Of a DNA stretch of 64,000 nt, positions 45,261 to 54,495 are shown piece by piece (position 1 is the first letter of the stretch; every line of letters begins with the position of its first letter). Location: IMG/VR virus record IMGVR_UViG_3300044641_005618; one strand, written 5' to 3'. This stretch comes from a virus. Its lineage: Duplodnaviria; Caudoviricetes. Position numbers and translations under genes: made by a program. Under the pieces are notes generated by a model. The model had not been told where the DNA came from and searched no databases. It saw nothing but the letters and a program-made list of their open reading frames with translations.

Positions 45261-45617
45261 TCAAACATTGTCGCATGGAAGTTTTATATTCCTTTCTGCA
45301 GAAAAATTGTGTAAAGCCCGTGACACCTCGTCTCCAATGGCGTCCTCTATGTCATTGAAGCAGGAACCAGCGTAGGTTCGCCAGGACTGAGTCTCTTCGT
45401 CAAAGTCTTCTAACCGGGTCTCCACGATTGTTCGGTACGGCTCGTAAATCGCGAGGATCGTTTCAAATTGCGCCTTGGATAGGCTTACCCTGCGGGTGTT
45501 TATTCCGAGTGCTTCAGCGATCTGAAGAGATGTGTTTGCACTGAGATACCTAATAACGACAAGGTTATGGTTCCACATTATGTAGGACTCAAGGGTGAGA
45601 CCAGGGATGCTACTCAT
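45261..45617 (-). CDS. hypothetical protein
   Basis: 118-aa ORF. Confidence 0.55.
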   Translation of the reverse strand: MSSIPGLTLESYIMWNHNLVVIRYLSANTSLQIAEALGINTRRVSLSKAQFETILAIYEPYRTIVETRLEDFDEETQSWRTYAGSCFNDIEDAIGDEVSRALHNFSAERNIKLPCDNV

Positions 45618-45622
45618 TTACT

Positions 45623-45853
45623 TCACCATTCATCAACAGGAATGTCATCGACGGGTAATATGCGTAAGTGACGCACGGTGGGGTACTTCTCGGGAAGCCC
45701 CCTAGTTGCTCCGCAGGTTGAGCACCTGTGCGGGTATTGTAGGGGTTCAGTTAGCCAGGCAACGGTGCCGTAAGGCTGCATTGTTCCACTTTCACACTCG
45801 TCGCATTCATACTCAACCCCGACTACTTGTAGCGGAAAAGTTTTCTCAGCCAT
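45623..45853 (-). CDS. small zinc-finger-like protein
   Basis: CDEC...HRCSTC. Confidence 0.55.
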   Translation of the reverse strand: MAEKTFPLQVVGVEYECDECESGTMQPYGTVAWLTEPLQYPHRCSTCGATRGLPEKYPTVRHLRILPVDDIPVDEW

Positions 45854-45970
45854 TGTGCCCCCGAATGCTAGCTTTCTTTTGTGCTGCTGCGTAAACTTCT
45901 GCGGTTACCATTATCTTATGTTAGTGTGTTTGAGTCATAGGAGGAGTCTGTGTCAGCGGAATTGCTGGAC

Positions 45971-45993
45971 AAAAAAGCCCCCGTTAAGGGGCT
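45971..45993 (-). terminator. intrinsic terminator
   Basis: minus strand AGCCCCTTAACGGGGGCTTTTTT. Confidence 0.75.
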
Positions 45994-46004
45994 AGTGTTT
46001 TAGC

Positions 46005-46244
46005 TCATTCAGCTGAACTAAATGAATTAAGGTAGTCAATCACTTTGTTGGTGACGATTACCCGAGCAAGCTCGTCGCTTGCCTTGGTGTCGGCATCACT
46101 TTCGTGATACCGTTGTAACTCTACGACCGTAGTCAAAAATAAAGACTGTAAAGTCTCTTCTAGTTCGTTAAGCGAGACATCAGGTACTCCTGTTTGTTCA
46201 ATTTCTTGAACCAGTGAAAACATAGAGATTTGAGTTTTAATCAT
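46005..46244 (-). CDS. hypothetical protein
   Basis: 79-aa ORF ending just before the terminator. Confidence 0.55.
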   Translation of the reverse strand: MIKTQISMFSLVQEIEQTGVPDVSLNELEETLQSLFLTTVVELQRYHESDADTKASDELARVIVTNKVIDYLNSFSSAE

Positions 46245-46247
46245 TGT

Positions 46248-46520
46248 TTAAAGGTGTAATGAGAGACGTTGACCCTCAAGATCGTAGGCTAGGTTCATAA
46301 GAACTTGTCTTGTCATTTGAGTTTGCGTGGTCATTCCCCAGGCCATAGCATCTCTTCTACTTTCCAGGTTCTCTTGTGGTCTAATTTCAATCCAGGGAAT
46401 AGTCAGATCTGTAACTGCACAGATCACGGCGGCAACGCACTGCGGCGGGCATTCTGCCCCGGCGGCGGACCGGACTGCCTGAGCAACCGGGCTTAAATTC
46501 TCTGGGAACTCAGTAGGCAT
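46248..46520 (-). CDS. hypothetical protein
   Basis: 90-aa tiling ORF. Confidence 0.55.
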   Translation of the reverse strand: MPTEFPENLSPVAQAVRSAAGAECPPQCVAAVICAVTDLTIPWIEIRPQENLESRRDAMAWGMTTQTQMTRQVLMNLAYDLEGQRLSLHL

Positions 46521-46797
46521 TTTCGTCTCCGACTAGATTTGCAAGTTCCTGAATAGTCATTTTGCGAAGGTCTTCGATCATGATCGTGTCTTCTGTTGCC
46601 ATCTTCAGTCCAAAGGAGTAACCTTGCTCATAACCTTCTCTTCCTGCTTCGTTATACGCCCCGTTCCACTCTAAGTTTTTCTTTCTTAAGTGTCTGTGAC
46701 TCTCAATTAGTGATGCAACAGTAAGTGGTTCCAGGGGTGTGTATTCTCCGTGAATTTCGGAGTCGTAGTCAGCAAGGAGCTTGTCGTCGTCAGTCAT
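46510..46797 (-). CDS. hypothetical protein
   Basis: 95-aa tiling ORF. Confidence 0.55.
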   Translation of the reverse strand: MTDDDKLLADYDSEIHGEYTPLEPLTVASLIESHRHLRKKNLEWNGAYNEAGREGYEQGYSFGLKMATEDTIMIEDLRKMTIQELANLVGDENAY

Positions 46798-46990
46798 TTT
46801 GTTCGTGCCTATAAGAGTCTTCTTGGTCCAGCCTCGCCTCTAGCTTAGCGATCTTGTCGTAAAGGTCTACAATGGTGTCAATTAGGTCTTCGTAACACAG
46901 AGTCGGGGACTCCCCGTCTTCTGAAAGCTTGGTGTAATACGTTTGCCACTCTTCGGGCTTTGTGTAATAGCTGTAAGGGTGTATTTTCAA
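46790..46990 (-). CDS. hypothetical protein
   Basis: 66-aa tiling ORF. Confidence 0.55.
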   Translation of the reverse strand: MKIHPYSYYTKPEEWQTYYTKLSEDGESPTLCYEDLIDTIVDLYDKIAKLEARLDQEDSYRHEQND

Positions 46991-47367
46991 AACTCCTCCA
47001 CAATTAGTGTGTTACCTACATAAGTGATTCCTGTTTTATTAAGTTTGTCACTGGTGTCAAGTTCATCGGTACTCGTCAGGCGTCCCGACACACCAGCCCC
47101 ACTATCCCGACTAGTTAGCGGGTAGGTTTCGTCACCAATGCAGCGCTCAATCAAGTTGGCCAGTTGATAACGAGTTAAGCCAGGTGGGGGTTCCCTTATC
47201 ATCTGAACCGCAAGGGCTAATCCCTCGTCCAAAGCTGCTAAGGTTTCCTGTATCAGGATGGCCCTTAAAAAGCTCTCTTGCTCAAGGGTGAATTCCTGAA
47301 CCAACCTAAGATCAACCTTCTCCCCAGTGTCTTTAATACACTGAAGGGTCTTCTCGTCGTAATTCAT
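46987..47367 (-). CDS. hypothetical protein
   Basis: 126-aa tiling ORF with ATGA overlap. Confidence 0.55.
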   Translation of the reverse strand: MNYDEKTLQCIKDTGEKVDLRLVQEFTLEQESFLRAILIQETLAALDEGLALAVQMIREPPPGLTRYQLANLIERCIGDETYPLTSRDSGAGVSGRLTSTDELDTSDKLNKTGITYVGNTLIVEEF

Positions 47368-47879
47368 TGGTTTCGATTTGTAAGTGATTTGAGTGGTCTT
47401 AAGGCGAGCCCAAAAATGTTCTTAAGGAGCCCAGCAAATTTTGAGAGGGGTGATACTTCTGTAGTAGGGTAGGGAATGAAAGAACCTGTGTCCAGCCACC
47501 TTTGCAAAACAGTAACCAGGGACTGAACCTGTTCTTCCCCAAGGTGCATTCTATCTTCCCCTTGGCCCAACCACACCGCAGACGTCCCTGGCTCCCAATA
47601 AACGGCAAGGGAGCTTTGTTGCAGGCTGCACTCCTTGTTGTATAGATCTTGAAAGCCAATGACCTCAAATCCCCTCTCGGTGCGGGTCACCAACCCAAGT
47701 TCTCCGGTGAGTTCGAGATCTTCCATTGCTTCCTCAAAGGAATATGTTTTTTCTTCTCCGGACTCAACACGCTTTGCTATGGTAATGGCATCGAGAACGT
47801 CCTCGTCACTCCAATTCGTGTCCTGGAACCAGTTCTGGTAGTAGCTCTGGATTCTCGCTATCAAAGTTCGGTTAATCAT
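47364..47879 (-). CDS. hypothetical protein
   Basis: 171-aa tiling ORF. Confidence 0.6.
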   Translation of the reverse strand: MINRTLIARIQSYYQNWFQDTNWSDEDVLDAITIAKRVESGEEKTYSFEEAMEDLELTGELGLVTRTERGFEVIGFQDLYNKECSLQQSSLAVYWEPGTSAVWLGQGEDRMHLGEEQVQSLVTVLQRWLDTGSFIPYPTTEVSPLSKFAGLLKNIFGLALRPLKSLTNRNQ

Positions 47880-48099
47880 TCTCGTTGATTTCGCTCAGTG
47901 TTTGTTTTTTCGAGGTGCTCCGGTCGTATCGTTTACCAACCCAGTGCGGGCAGCTGTGACCCCAGTCGGGCTTTGTGCGTGCGTCAAGAAACTCACACAG
48001 TCCTGAGGCTAATTCACCTCCTTTACCGCCGTTTGATTGCACAAGGGAATCTTTTTTCCACTTGGTGTAGTAGACACAAGACCCGCAGCTTTTGCTCAT
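47872..48099 (-). CDS. small Cys-rich protein
   Basis: CGSC...C...C pattern; downstream of a promoter. Confidence 0.55.
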   Translation of the reverse strand: MSKSCGSCVYYTKWKKDSLVQSNGGKGGELASGLCEFLDARTKPDWGHSCPHWVGKRYDRSTSKKQTLSEINEND

Positions 48100-48133
48100 T
48101 GCTTCGCCCCACGTGTTAGGTCATCTTTCACTA

Positions 48134-48178
48134 AGTATGCCGGTTTTCACCAGGGAAGTAAAGGCGGGAAACCGTCTC
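48134..48178 (-). promoter_or_regulatory. sigma70-like promoter (family member)
   Basis: TTTACT-17-CATACT, upstream GACGGTTTCCCGCC. Confidence 0.6.
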
Positions 48179-48222
48179 GAAGCAAACGGTCAACCATACT
48201 TTACACAGGGAAGGACACAGAA

Positions 48223-48608
48223 CTATTTCGGTGGCGCAAAGTTTCGAGGGAGAACGGAATGAGGGTCTGACAGCAAAATGCGGTACATTTGTTCTTCGAG
48301 CCCCCTTGTAATGTCCTTGGCAATTAACCCGGCGAGTTTTGAAACGGCTTCTGCGCTCTTCTCACACCGTCCATTTTTGTACTCCGACCCGAGGGCAGAG
48401 AAAGTTGTCGATTGTGTGAATTTCTTTCCGTTTAGGGTCCACCTTGCTTCTAGGGTGGTTTCCCTGGAAAGGGGTTCTAGGTATCCTTCAACGCCCACAC
48501 TTAGTGTGTTTTCAGGAGAAACAACACCTTTCGGGTGTAAGGCACGAAAATGATCAGAGAGCTCTTGCCATTCTTGGAGTTGCTGTAGGGGTGTTTTTTC
48601 GTTCATCT
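48223..48608 (-). CDS. hypothetical protein
   Basis: likely start MNEKTP. Confidence 0.5.
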
Positions 48609-48657
48609 TGCAGAGTGTTAGGTGGTGTGAAAATTGGGGTTGAAGCCTATCCACGTA

Positions 48658-48837
48658 TCAACGACGTGGCCCCCTTAGAAGCTTTGCGGTTAAGGGGTAG
48701 GGCCAGAGTAAAACGTGGCCGCAAACGTCCAAAATTCTTACCCTATGCCCGATAACTGGTAGATCGTAGTCTGGGAGTGAGGAAAGGAGCCTTGCAAAGC
48801 CCACAAGCAGGTAAGTTACGGCAAGTAGGGCGAGCAT
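48658..48837 (-). CDS. small membrane protein (59 aa)
   Basis: MLALLAVTYLLVGFARLL...; below the ORF-track cut-off, fills a gap. Confidence 0.45.
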   Translation of the reverse strand: MLALLAVTYLLVGFARLLSSLPDYDLPVIGHRVRILDVCGHVLLWPYPLTAKLLRGPRR

Positions 48838-48905
48838 GGGGGTCTACGGTTAACTATGCCGGTAGTATAGCTTGAGATTTTTCTGGTAAAGTTTGTCGCC
48901 TTTTT

Positions 48906-49106
48906 TTATATGCGGTCTCTGGATCGCCACTGGTAGCACCAATCTTTGTCGGCATTGATTTCCTTCGGTGGACCTTGTATGTGGCACTTTGTGGAAATTC
49001 GCCACGCTGCCAAGCCGTGTGTGTCAGGAAGCGAAGCTACTACAGGGTCCACAACTGGGGAAGAAACCGAGTAGTCACAAGTTGAGCATTGTCTCTTATT
49101 GTCCAT
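48906..49106 (-). CDS. small Cys-rich protein
   Basis: CSTC...C...WC. Confidence 0.5.
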   Translation of the reverse strand: MDNKRQCSTCDYSVSSPVVDPVVASLPDTHGLAAWRISTKCHIQGPPKEINADKDWCYQWRSRDRI

Positions 49107-49205
49107 GTTCTTTTACTAAGACGCACTGGGGGTTACAATTGCCCACCAGGGTAACCAGTGAGTGTAGCTGTAACCGCTCCCGGAGAGGTTATATTTTCTA
49201 ACTGG

Positions 49206-49457
49206 CTAGTCAAATTGTAGCATTTCCCACATACCCTCAACTGCTGACCCGTCGGCGTCGGTTCTCCACCACCAACATAGTTCTTCGGCGTCAGAATCAG
49301 AGAGCTTAGGTAGACGGTCAACAACACTTACGGGCTCAATGGCTTCACCCCGAACCGCTCTGTAGAGCTTACTCTCGGCTTCTCTTTCTCTCACCAAGCC
49401 GTACTCAATTTCAGCAGAAATCTGCAAGGCTTTCTCTCGTGCTTCGCGCAAGTTCAT
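49206..49457 (-). CDS. hypothetical protein
   Basis: likely start MNLREARE, coupled to the upstream stop. Confidence 0.5.
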   Translation of the reverse strand: MNLREAREKALQISAEIEYGLVREREAESKLYRAVRGEAIEPVSVVDRLPKLSDSDAEELCWWWRTDADGSAVEGMWEMLQFD

Positions 49458-49669
49458 TTTAAACGGGGGCAGGGAATTGAGTTGTATGACAACCAATGAG
49501 TGAGACCGTATTCTTCCCGAGACTCTAAGTTCTGGCTGTCGTACCTCATAAGTTCCCAACAGTCGCTACAACCGATTCCTGGGCAAAACACCCAAAACTC
49601 CCCGTTTGTACTACAGTCTTCCGGTCCAGGGTACCGCTCGGTAAAGGGTACGGGTACTTGCGTCGTCAT
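49454..49669 (-). CDS. hypothetical protein
   Basis: ERYPGPEDC...THWLSYNSIP. Confidence 0.55.
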   Translation of the reverse strand: MTTQVPVPFTERYPGPEDCSTNGEFWVFCPGIGCSDCWELMRYDSQNLESREEYGLTHWLSYNSIPCPRLK

Positions 49670-49902
49670 GCTGGAGAAAGGTCAGTGTGTGTAATGCTAG
49701 GTAAGGTGTAGCGGCTTCCCAATTGCCCTGCTTCGTTGCTTCCGCTGCAGTTGAACGAGTGGTGAGTTCCCTTTGGACACCTTTTGTTGCCGCAAGTTGG
49801 ACAAACGGCCATAGGGTGAACCAAAGGTTGCGCTGTGGCGTTTGCTCTTTCCTTGACACAATAAAAGCACGGGCACCCCTGTTTGTACAATGTATCAGCC
49901 AT
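49666..49902 (-). CDS. small Cys-rich protein
   Basis: CPCFYC, CPTCGNKRCPK. Confidence 0.55.
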   Translation of the reverse strand: MADTLYKQGCPCFYCVKERANATAQPLVHPMAVCPTCGNKRCPKGTHHSFNCSGSNEAGQLGSRYTLPSITHTDLSPA

Positions 49903-50623
49903 TGAGCTCTTTTAGAGCCTCCCCTCCTTCAACCAAAGCTCTTACAATAGTGCTTGTAATCTCGGGTAGGTACCGTCCGTCTTTCTCGATGGTCCCCATG
50001 AATTGCAGAGCAATTTCATTAAGTGTAGGTACGTTGGGCCTGCGTGCTTCACGAAGTTCCTGGTCTTTACCCACCCACCCGTCGTCGGAACTAAACTGAG
50101 GATCTTCTTGGAGGCGCAACCATTCGCAGCAAGCATCAAGCTCTTGGTCGGCGCCCCATTGTGCGACCTTGTTAGCGAAGTTGCGCGTAGGCTGGAGGGC
50201 ACTGGTGGGGGGCATCTCCTGATCAATGGGCCACCAGCTCTCTATTAGTTCATCGGGAACTTCAATCGAATTGTGCTGAGTCATTGCGTCGGAATTTTGT
50301 TCAATTGGATGAGATACATTCGGGACAGAAGGGGAAGAACCATCTTTAGTCAAATCCCACTCTTTTAGGGACTCTCGAAACGCTGTGCGCAGTCCTTCGT
50401 CAACTTGCTCAAGGGTTTGTGGTTGTGGTACCCAGCTTTCCTGGGGACTCGCTAGTTTGTTACGTAGCGCCTTCTCAAGGTAGTGTAAACACCCCACACT
50501 AGTACGCCACCGGGCAACCACCCTTGGAATCTCTTCAGTCCGGCCCACCCACCATGGGCCTTCCTGATGAATCACTGCTGTAACGGTTGTTTGGAGTTTA
50601 ATTCTTTCTTCTCTGTTTGTCAT
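49895..50623 (-). CDS. hypothetical protein
   Basis: 242-aa ORF; AQWGADQELDACCEWL motif. Confidence 0.6.
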   Translation of the reverse strand: MTNREERIKLQTTVTAVIHQEGPWWVGRTEEIPRVVARWRTSVGCLHYLEKALRNKLASPQESWVPQPQTLEQVDEGLRTAFRESLKEWDLTKDGSSPSVPNVSHPIEQNSDAMTQHNSIEVPDELIESWWPIDQEMPPTSALQPTRNFANKVAQWGADQELDACCEWLRLQEDPQFSSDDGWVGKDQELREARRPNVPTLNEIALQFMGTIEKDGRYLPEITSTIVRALVEGGEALKELNG

Positions 50624-50625
50624 TC

Positions 50626-50811
50626 TTAAAACTCGTCAAGTTTCGCCAGAACTTCACGTCTCGTGGGTAAGTTAAGTGCCATGCGCAACGTGTCATTTTC
50701 GTGTATCAACAGTATTACCATATCTGGCGTAGTAACTTCGCATTCTGGGAATTGCGACCCGATAAGGGTTGAAATTCTCATATACTCCGTTTTGTAGTCA
50801 GTTTCTTCCAT
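50626..50811 (-). CDS. hypothetical protein
   Basis: 61-aa tiling ORF. Confidence 0.5.
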   Translation of the reverse strand: MEETDYKTEYMRISTLIGSQFPECEVTTPDMVILLIHENDTLRMALNLPTRREVLAKLDEF

Positions 50812-50841
50812 ACTAGAACCTTCGGTGTTGGCTTAAATGAG

Positions 50842-51435
50842 TTAAAAGTGTGGCATCAAGGTCGCACAGTTAGAACCGTCTTGCCGGAGTCGAAGGGCAA
50901 TCCATAGTCTCTTGAGCAGCGGTTCTTTTCTGTACCGTTCTAACCTCCCTTCAGTAACCTTAAGGGAGTTTGCTAAGGCACGAGCATCATTCTGGGACTT
51001 CTCAAGGTTTCGCCCTAGCGTCCAAAGTTTCTGCCCTTGGTCTTGTACTGTGTTCTCAAGCTTGACCACCTTATTACGGAGTTTGGAGTTAATGTAGGTG
51101 GATAAAATCTTCTCGGTCTGAGGCTCAATCGCAAATAAGTGAAGGTAGGAGGGGTCGTAGTTCCCGGACTTCCGGCCCCCGTCGTAACTCTCCAAGTATA
51201 AACGTTCAACCTCAGGAAGATCATGAAGAGGTAAACTTGAGCAGAAACCAACCTCGTGTAGTGGGAGACTTTCTACGTGATTCTTCCTCGTGAGTAAAAC
51301 CTTGTTATCCGGGTCATCTGTAGGTATGCGGAATAGCTCGTCAGGGTCTAAGAGTGGAGCGTACCTGACGTATTTGTCATTGTCATAAACGGGTACGACC
51401 GTTTTAGTTAGAGTGTATATTGTGGCGTTTCTCAT
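50842..51435 (-). CDS. hypothetical coiled-coil protein
   Basis: 197-aa ORF. Confidence 0.6.
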   Translation of the reverse strand: MRNATIYTLTKTVVPVYDNDKYVRYAPLLDPDELFRIPTDDPDNKVLLTRKNHVESLPLHEVGFCSSLPLHDLPEVERLYLESYDGGRKSGNYDPSYLHLFAIEPQTEKILSTYINSKLRNKVVKLENTVQDQGQKLWTLGRNLEKSQNDARALANSLKVTEGRLERYRKEPLLKRLWIALRLRQDGSNCATLMPHF

Positions 51436-51508
51436 TTTTCAGTGGTTTAGGGGTGTGAATTAGTATGCTGGACCGGAGTCGAGGTAAAGGTTCCCTGGCG
51501 AGGTCCCC

Positions 51509-51838
51509 CTAGTCGGACTCGTCCGGCGATAGGATCTCGTCGAGGTCGACTTGGACACCCGCCACCAGTAACTGGAGTCGTTCGACCAGGCTCGCGCCCA
51601 CAGCCCGCAGGTATTCTCCTTGGTTTATTTCGTCGAGTCTGCACCACTCTTCAAGATTTGGATTCAAGTCTGGGGGCGAAATGGGCCAGTGCTTGGCCTC
51701 GTATTCCTCTACTAAAATTGTCAAGGTCTCTAACTGGAGGTACTCGGGGCTACCAACCAATGCACCCAAGCAGCTATCAATGTCCTTAAGCGCAAGGTCG
51801 TACTCGGCTTCGTTTGCGAGAGGTTTAACGGATTGCAT
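51509..51838 (-). CDS. HigA/YgjM-type antitoxin N-terminal domain protein (no HTH)
   Basis: VKPLANEAEYDLALKDID...GSPEYLQLETLTILVEEYEAKHWPI. Confidence 0.65.
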   Translation of the reverse strand: MQSVKPLANEAEYDLALKDIDSCLGALVGSPEYLQLETLTILVEEYEAKHWPISPPDLNPNLEEWCRLDEINQGEYLRAVGASLVERLQLLVAGVQVDLDEILSPDESD

Positions 51839-51863
51839 GGTGTTTTGGCGTATGATGTCTAAG

Positions 51864-52268
51864 TTATAATGTTGTGTTTCTAATTAGGACCCCCAACTTA
51901 TTTGGCAGAGAAACAGGGATTCCACCGCAAACTTTGCAGTAGTCCTCGGGTTCAGGTTCAGGGGTTAGAAGCCGATGTTTGTTATTGTACTGAAGTTCAT
52001 CTAACCGCTCCCTCACCTCGATGAGTGACGCGAGGGGGAACAACCACCTACCATCAGACTGAAAAGCTCCAGGAAAGTACCCGCCTTCAAGCCAGTTACT
52101 GACACTTTCGTCGGAGTCAATCTCAAGGAAAGCCGCAGCTTGCTCTGAGTCATACAGGTCTGCTTTTGACACGAGAGTATAGTTTTCAGCTACCGATTGC
52201 AGAATAGCGTTGTTGTCTCGGATTCTTTCCACAACAGTTCTCGGGCCAAAAGGTGCTGAGTAATCCAT
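51864..52268 (-). CDS. helix-turn-helix (excisionase/MerR-like) protein
   Basis: LYDSEQAAAFLEI....VSNWLEGGYFPGA...GRWLF. Confidence 0.65.
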   Translation of the reverse strand: MDYSAPFGPRTVVERIRDNNAILQSVAENYTLVSKADLYDSEQAAAFLEIDSDESVSNWLEGGYFPGAFQSDGRWLFPLASLIEVRERLDELQYNNKHRLLTPEPEPEDYCKVCGGIPVSLPNKLGVLIRNTTL

Positions 52269-52319
52269 CGCGTTATTTCAGGGTTATAAGGTTTACCCTG
52301 CGGATTCTTTCGGGGACTA

Positions 52320-52907
52320 CTAGTTGGTGTCCATAGGTTCGTCAAACCGGTGAAGTTCCTGGAGAAGTCTAGCATAGTGGAGCTCAATCGTGTAATGATC
52401 AACCAAAACACAGCAGTTTGGGTGGGCTCCTCTTCCGAGTGTCATTGTTCTGAAGTCAAAGTTTGGTAACCCACCTGGAGTCTCGAACTTTATGCCGAGT
52501 CTAAGGGATTCCCCCTTTCCGTACATATCGTCAAAGTCGCACTCCATTTTAAGTGCGTAGTCGTGACGGCAGGCCAGGACATAAACTGCCCTCCCCTCGG
52601 AAGCAAGGCGATAAGCCTCCTTAAGCAGGCGAGTAGTGCGACCTGTTTGCCTTAGGTTGTCGAAAGGTGCTGTTGTTGATTTAGTCATAGAGGACTCGGG
52701 TGCCTGGAGACCGGGATCGAGCGTACAAGCTTGGACAATTTGCTTAAGGTGACCTCGAGATAACCGCCCCATTTTCTTAGTTTCCTCCTTGCGTGCGTCA
52801 TTTTCTCGTCTAATTCTCTCAGTTTCTTCTCTGAACGCAGCATTTTGGGCAGCCAGCGCTTCAGTTTCTCGTTGAAAGGGTTTCAGCCAGTTGGGGCAGT
52901 TACTCAT
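52320..52907 (-). CDS. hypothetical protein
   Basis: N-terminal coiled coil; C-terminal RQTGRTT-containing domain. Confidence 0.6.
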   Translation of the reverse strand: MSNCPNWLKPFQRETEALAAQNAAFREETERIRRENDARKEETKKMGRLSRGHLKQIVQACTLDPGLQAPESSMTKSTTAPFDNLRQTGRTTRLLKEAYRLASEGRAVYVLACRHDYALKMECDFDDMYGKGESLRLGIKFETPGGLPNFDFRTMTLGRGAHPNCCVLVDHYTIELHYARLLQELHRFDEPMDTN

Positions 52908-53158
52908 TGCCCCCCTTTCGTAGTAAAGTCAACACTCTCAGTGTTAACCCTGTCAACGTTAATTGCCTGAATGTCGTCAATTCCAGACTTGGTCACGATC
53001 CAGTATCCATCCCGATGGTCGAACGTAACCCATCGCTTTGTGCCGGGACACCTGGTTACTCGTAGCCTATCTCCCTTTTTCAGAGTGGTTTTGGCACTAT
53101 CTGTAGCCAGCTTAGTTAGCCTTACGCGTCTAGCTCGCTCCTCTTCAGTGTGGTTCAT
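52904..53158 (-). CDS. hypothetical protein
   Basis: likely start MNHTEEE at 53158. Confidence 0.55.
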   Translation of the reverse strand: MNHTEEERARRVRLTKLATDSAKTTLKKGDRLRVTRCPGTKRWVTFDHRDGYWIVTKSGIDDIQAINVDRVNTESVDFTTKGGQ

Positions 53159-53428
53159 ACTAGTGCTCTCATTGAAACTTCGCAAGCTTTCAACCAAAGG
53201 GTGTCACGGCCAATCCTATCGGCAATCGTCTTCAGCTCAGATACATCACAAGGTACCTGTAGCCAAATTGTCTCGGGGTCTTTACTGAGGGTGGATTCAG
53301 GGGGGGAGCCGGTTTGCTTTTATGCAAAGGCGCCCATCGTCGTCCATACCACATTCCTGTCCCGTTACGTCAGTAACAGTGTGTCCCGCCAGCAAGACTC
53401 TGAGTAGGATTTCTACGGGCTCTTTCAT
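53155..53428 (-). pseudogene. 90-aa gene frameshifted at a C7 tract (53300-53306)
   Basis: the span is 274 nt (3n+1); removing one C gives a continuous ORF ending in an ATGA overlap with the next gene. Confidence 0.6.
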
Positions 53429-53430
53429 TG

Positions 53431-53649
53431 TCAGATACCCAATCCTGTAACATTTCGCAAGGTGCCATCTGCGTCACTAGTAAGCACATAACCCCCCGCT
53501 GAACGAGTCTTTATTGCTAACTTACAGAGTGCCAATGCCCTTTGAAAGATTGCACCGCGAGAAAGGCCGGTCGTTTGTTCAAGGTCTTGCAGGTCTCGGG
53601 CCATGTCGGGTGGCATGATAACGTCAAATCTTGTTGGGGTCATAATCAA
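53431..53649 (-). CDS. ribbon-helix-helix (CopG-like) protein
   Basis: FDVIMPPDMARDLQDLEQTTGLSRGAIFQRALAL. Confidence 0.65.
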   Translation of the reverse strand: MIMTPTRFDVIMPPDMARDLQDLEQTTGLSRGAIFQRALALCKLAIKTRSAGGYVLTSDADGTLRNVTGLGI

Positions 53650-53849
53650 TGAATGTAAATTGCATCGGTATCACCATCTTTTTCTATTTCATGTGGCTCT
53701 AAATCACAATCATAGATATTGACATTGAGTTCTAACTTTACCATTTCAACATCTAAATTAGTAGTGCAACCACCTCTCCAGCCTCTTACAACTACTAAAG
53801 TATCGTCTGGACATGGGCTTAAGGCTTCAATCAATTCTGCTTTTGTCAT
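53646..53849 (-). CDS. hypothetical protein
   Basis: MTKAELIEALSPCPDDTLVVV. Confidence 0.55.
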   Translation of the reverse strand: MTKAELIEALSPCPDDTLVVVRGWRGGCTTNLDVEMVKLELNVNIYDCDLEPHEIEKDGDTDAIYIH

Positions 53850-53947
53850 TTTGGGGAATCAATGAATGCAAATTGCGTTTTCGGTGTAGGGCTTGGCCCT
53901 GCCTGGGCTGTAGCATTCTGGCTTTTTGCGAACTCGATTAAGTCTCC

Positions 53948-54409
53948 TCAAGACTCACCTTCGTCAATTTTCGGTAGCCGGGCCATAATCTCCAGGTAGA
54001 AAACATGGTACTTTACAGTTCGAGCAATGTCCCCATCGGTGACACCTTTCAGACGCCGAACGTCGGTATTATGCCTCAAGTCACAGAGTTTTACTCTCAT
54101 GGCGTCTTCGTTTGAGAAAACACGGAACTTGTACTCTTCGTAGGTTTCTCCTGGTGCTTTTGTTAGGCAGCGAATGCCTTCGATAATTCGGGCAGTGAAC
54201 CCCTGATCACGTAAATCTGCGTAGGTGACCTTAGTGTCTTCAATAATGTCGTGACCGAGCGCAATGCACTGAAGCTCAACGTCGTTTGTTTCCAGGTAAT
54301 GCATCACCTTGAGCGGGTGCAAAATGTAAGGGTTGCCACCCTTGTCGTACTGATCGGCGTGGGCGTTGGTCGCCAGTACCAGCATTTTATTGAGGAGTTG
54401 TCCTTTCAT
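53948..54409 (-). CDS. stand-alone HD-domain protein (RelA/SpoT hydrolase-like)
   Basis: AHADQYDKGGNPYILHPLKV...ALGHDIIEDT...VKLCDLRHN; start moved to ATG 54409 downstream of the promoter. Confidence 0.85.
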   Translation of the reverse strand: MKGQLLNKMLVLATNAHADQYDKGGNPYILHPLKVMHYLETNDVELQCIALGHDIIEDTKVTYADLRDQGFTARIIEGIRCLTKAPGETYEEYKFRVFSNEDAMRVKLCDLRHNTDVRRLKGVTDGDIARTVKYHVFYLEIMARLPKIDEGES

Positions 54410-54439
54410 GTCTTTCCCAGAAGCGTTTGTCTTGTAAAT

Positions 54440-54484
54440 ACTATAGCGTTTTCTCTTCGAGAAAACAAGGCGGGAAACCATCCC
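54440..54484 (-). promoter_or_regulatory. sigma70-like promoter (family member)
   Basis: TTGTTT-17-TATAGT, 8-bp spacer inverted repeat, upstream GATGGTTTCCCGCC. Confidence 0.75.
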
Positions 54485-54495
54485 GATACAGCCGG

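Noticed and set aside
48862-48892. Additional promoter-family member
   Set aside because: TATACT is present but there is no acceptable -35 at 17 nt and no upstream element.
52320-52907. RQTGRTT as a helicase or terminase Walker A
   Set aside because: The catalytic Lys is absent and no other motifs are present; left as hypothetical.
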